Assembly (NCBI RefSeq): GCF_032191835.1
Contig: NC_083224.1
Span: forward strand, 162,998,001-163,062,000
Reading direction: 5' to 3'
DNA length: 64,000 nt
DNA from: Heteronotia binoei
Taxonomy: Eukaryota
In this document: one piece after another, positions 61,471 to 64,000 of the stretch
Numbering within the stretch: position 1 is the stretch's first letter
Layout of the letters: every line of letters starts with the position of its first letter
Program-made: the position numbers and the translations under genes
The notes under the pieces: generated by a model
What the model was told of the DNA's origin: nothing
Seen by the model: the letters and a program-made list of their open reading frames with translations, nothing else
The model's database searches: none

Positions 61471-63056
61471 AATACTCATTTGGAGCTTCCCTAATTAAAA
61501 TACTTACTGCAATTAATTTTGTGTCACAGTAGTTATTGGAACCCACCTGGGCTGATAACAGACCAGCCCTGAAATGCCTTTAGCACTTGCCTCAAAGCTT
61601 ATCACCAGAGGCACACTACTCATCTTCCTGAAATTACATTAGGTCTAATCCTAAAATCTTGTGAGATTCCATGAAATATTTAATGCTAAGCATCCTTCTC
61701 TGATGGTCAACTGTTTTCAAATGGGTCTTCACTGCAGAAGGAAAGGTAATGCCTCCTGGGTTGGTTGGTTTGTTTGTTTGTTTTTGAAGCAAGTGCACAC
61801 CAAGAAGCAGAGCAACACCACTATGAAGCTCACAGTCACTATGCTGTACTATAGGATATGGGAGTCCCAACCTATGGATAAATTAACAAAAGCTTTTCCA
61901 GTTGCAATGGCATTTTCAGAGTAATTGTACTGCCTCTCCAATGAAATGGAATGCACAAATTTGCCTGGCAAATATATTGGCACAAATAATAAATCCCATC
62001 GACCACCTACTGTATATTACCACTTAGGTTACTTACAGTGTCATTCTAAGTACAGTTGCACATTTCTAAGCCTTTTGGAAGGGTGTGACTGTTTAGGATT
62101 GCAATGTTAGAGAACAATCCTAAGCAAGTCTCCTTGGAATCCTTCTCAGGACTCCTCAGTAGGGCATACTCACAGGAAAGTGCTTTTTTGGGATTCCACT
62201 GTTAAATTGGAATTCCACAAGCACTTTCTTGAGAGCCCCACTGAAACAATGCAAGGGCAGTTTGGAGAAGAGCGGCTTAAAAGTGCTGTCATAGTCAGGG
62301 CTGCATAACTTTTTGTAAAGCCTAAGTTAACGCTTCTGCAAAAATGCCCTACATTATTTATGCCAGTTCTTTTACCCCTTGCAGAGTGAAACCATCAATG
62401 TGATAGCATCACAAAGTATGCAGGAGACGACTGACAAAAATCATTTTCTGGCACATTTGATTGTCAGTTCAGAAAGTGTAAAACACTTCATAGATCTCAT
62501 GAGGGGAAATCTGAGCATGTAGAATCGAACCATATACCTTCAAATACTCTCAAATACATAAGTTCCTTAGTACGAGCAAGTTCAGGCTTATTTGAAATTA
62601 CTGAATCTATGCTAGAATGCTCTTCTCCTTGGTATACTGGATGGAACTTCATATTGAACTGTAACATGGAGCTGCTGGCATCCCACTGTCCTCCTTTTCC
62701 CTAAATGGTCAGAATGTTTAGCCATGTTCAGTCATCATTTTGCATTCCGGCACCCTGCTCTGCAACACAGACTGCCACTGGTGGTTCAAGGATGTAGATA
62801 CGATGAAACATCGCAATGCCAGTTTTTACAGGGGGAGAACTAAACATAAGGATGCCATGTTTAGAGGTAGCCCTGTGTTGTTACACTGACTGTACTTCCA
62901 GTGCTTTGCAAAATAAGAGAATGGTTATTTCCTTCTGCCAGTTTTAGTCAGAGATAGTAATGGTTGCAGCTAGTTTGTAAGGATAGTAACTACAAAAAAA
63001 AGTCTCATGGCACTTCAAAAAACTAGAATATGGATGGGAAGAATAGACTATACATC

Positions 63057-63214
63057 NNNNNNNNNNNNNNNNNNNNNNNNNNNNNNNNNNNNNNNNNNNN
63101 NNNNNNNNNNNNNNNNNNNNNNNNNNNNNNNNNNNNNNNNNNNNNNNNNNNNNNNNNNNNNNNNNNNNNNNNNNNNNNNNNNNNNNNNNNNNNNNNNNNN
63201 NNNNNNNNNNNNNN
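63057..63214. other. Assembly gap (158 N)
   Basis: Run of N. Confidence 1.
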
Positions 63215-64000
63215 ATGATTGAAAGCCACTGATGCTATAGTCTCTACCAAGGCTCAGTTTTTATGTAAAAACAACTATTCACAACAGCAGGAACAAGTGA
63301 CAACGCAATCTTCCTAAATATGCTAAGTTAATTTAACACCTGGATAGGAATCCATTGTCTCAATAGAAGCCTAATGAGATAGTGTCAAGCTATTTCAGAT
63401 GCGGCATGAACCTGTCCATGATAAGAATGACAACTTTGACAAATCAGTTTACTGAAGTGGTAGACAGGAATTGGGAGTTGAAATTCAGATGCACAGACCC
63501 ACTCTAGCATCTGACAAAGCCTGCAGAAGCTCCTGCACTTTCAGTTAGTCTCAAAGATGCTGCTGGACCTGTAATAAGATTCATAGCTGATATTTATTGA
63601 TAGCCATTCTTATATTTAACTGAATTCCTATTTTCTTCACACAGTGGTATTTGCAGTCCTGCTTCTTTTGCAACCATAGCCAACAAAAGTCTGTATAGAT
63701 TGAGTAATGCATTGGCATCGATGCAGAAAAACCCTTGTCAACCACCGAACAGAGGTGATACAGAGAAACTTCCATTGTACCAGCAAGAATCACTGGAAGC
63801 AGAAAGAAACTACATTTTCTTAAAGATCATCATGGAATCTGTTGAATGGGTCCTTGTTTTAGCCACCATATGTCCTGCACTTGTGGGAGGTATTTGTGGA
63901 TGCTGGAAATTGAGTCTTTGCAGTCTGGTTTTGTTTTTTGTTTTTTTAATTAACTCGGTATGAACTGTATTTATTATTATGTTGTATTTCAACTGCTGTG

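Noticed and set aside
63600-63790. Minus-strand frame with an internal TGA (..PLFGG*QGFFCIDANALL..) as a possible selenoprotein
   Set aside because: It matches no selenoprotein motif I know (for example SELENOM CGGU or DIO CTU), and no SECIS is evident.

Overview
This is vertebrate (squamate, most likely gecko) non-coding genomic DNA. I find no prokaryotic features and cannot recognise any host protein-coding exon, tRNA, rRNA or CRISPR array. The window is a dense, layered transposon archive. It holds LINE fragments (two young L2 3' ends, one keeping the YADD RT motif; two CR1 ORF2 fragments; several CR1 tails; one RTE-BovB 3' end), tRNA/CORE SINEs (Squam3-like) and a 5S-derived SINE. It also holds many non-autonomous hAT MITEs (several with perfect 8-bp TSDs), PIF/Harbinger-like MITEs with 3-bp TSDs, solo LTRs with 5-bp TSDs, Penelope-like terminal remnants carrying decayed minimal hammerhead motifs, many short tandem microduplications, and one 158-N gap. 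All ORFs with a recognisable product are LINE ORF2 pieces; the others look spurious. The best-supported oddities are a foldback element of about 500 bp with a nested L2 and a duplicated MITE end (33.0-34.3 kb), a three-level nested insertion (7.0-8.1 kb) and the Penelope hammerhead relics. I did not find convincing evidence of a new biological system. Family names come from my memory of sequence motifs, not from a database search.
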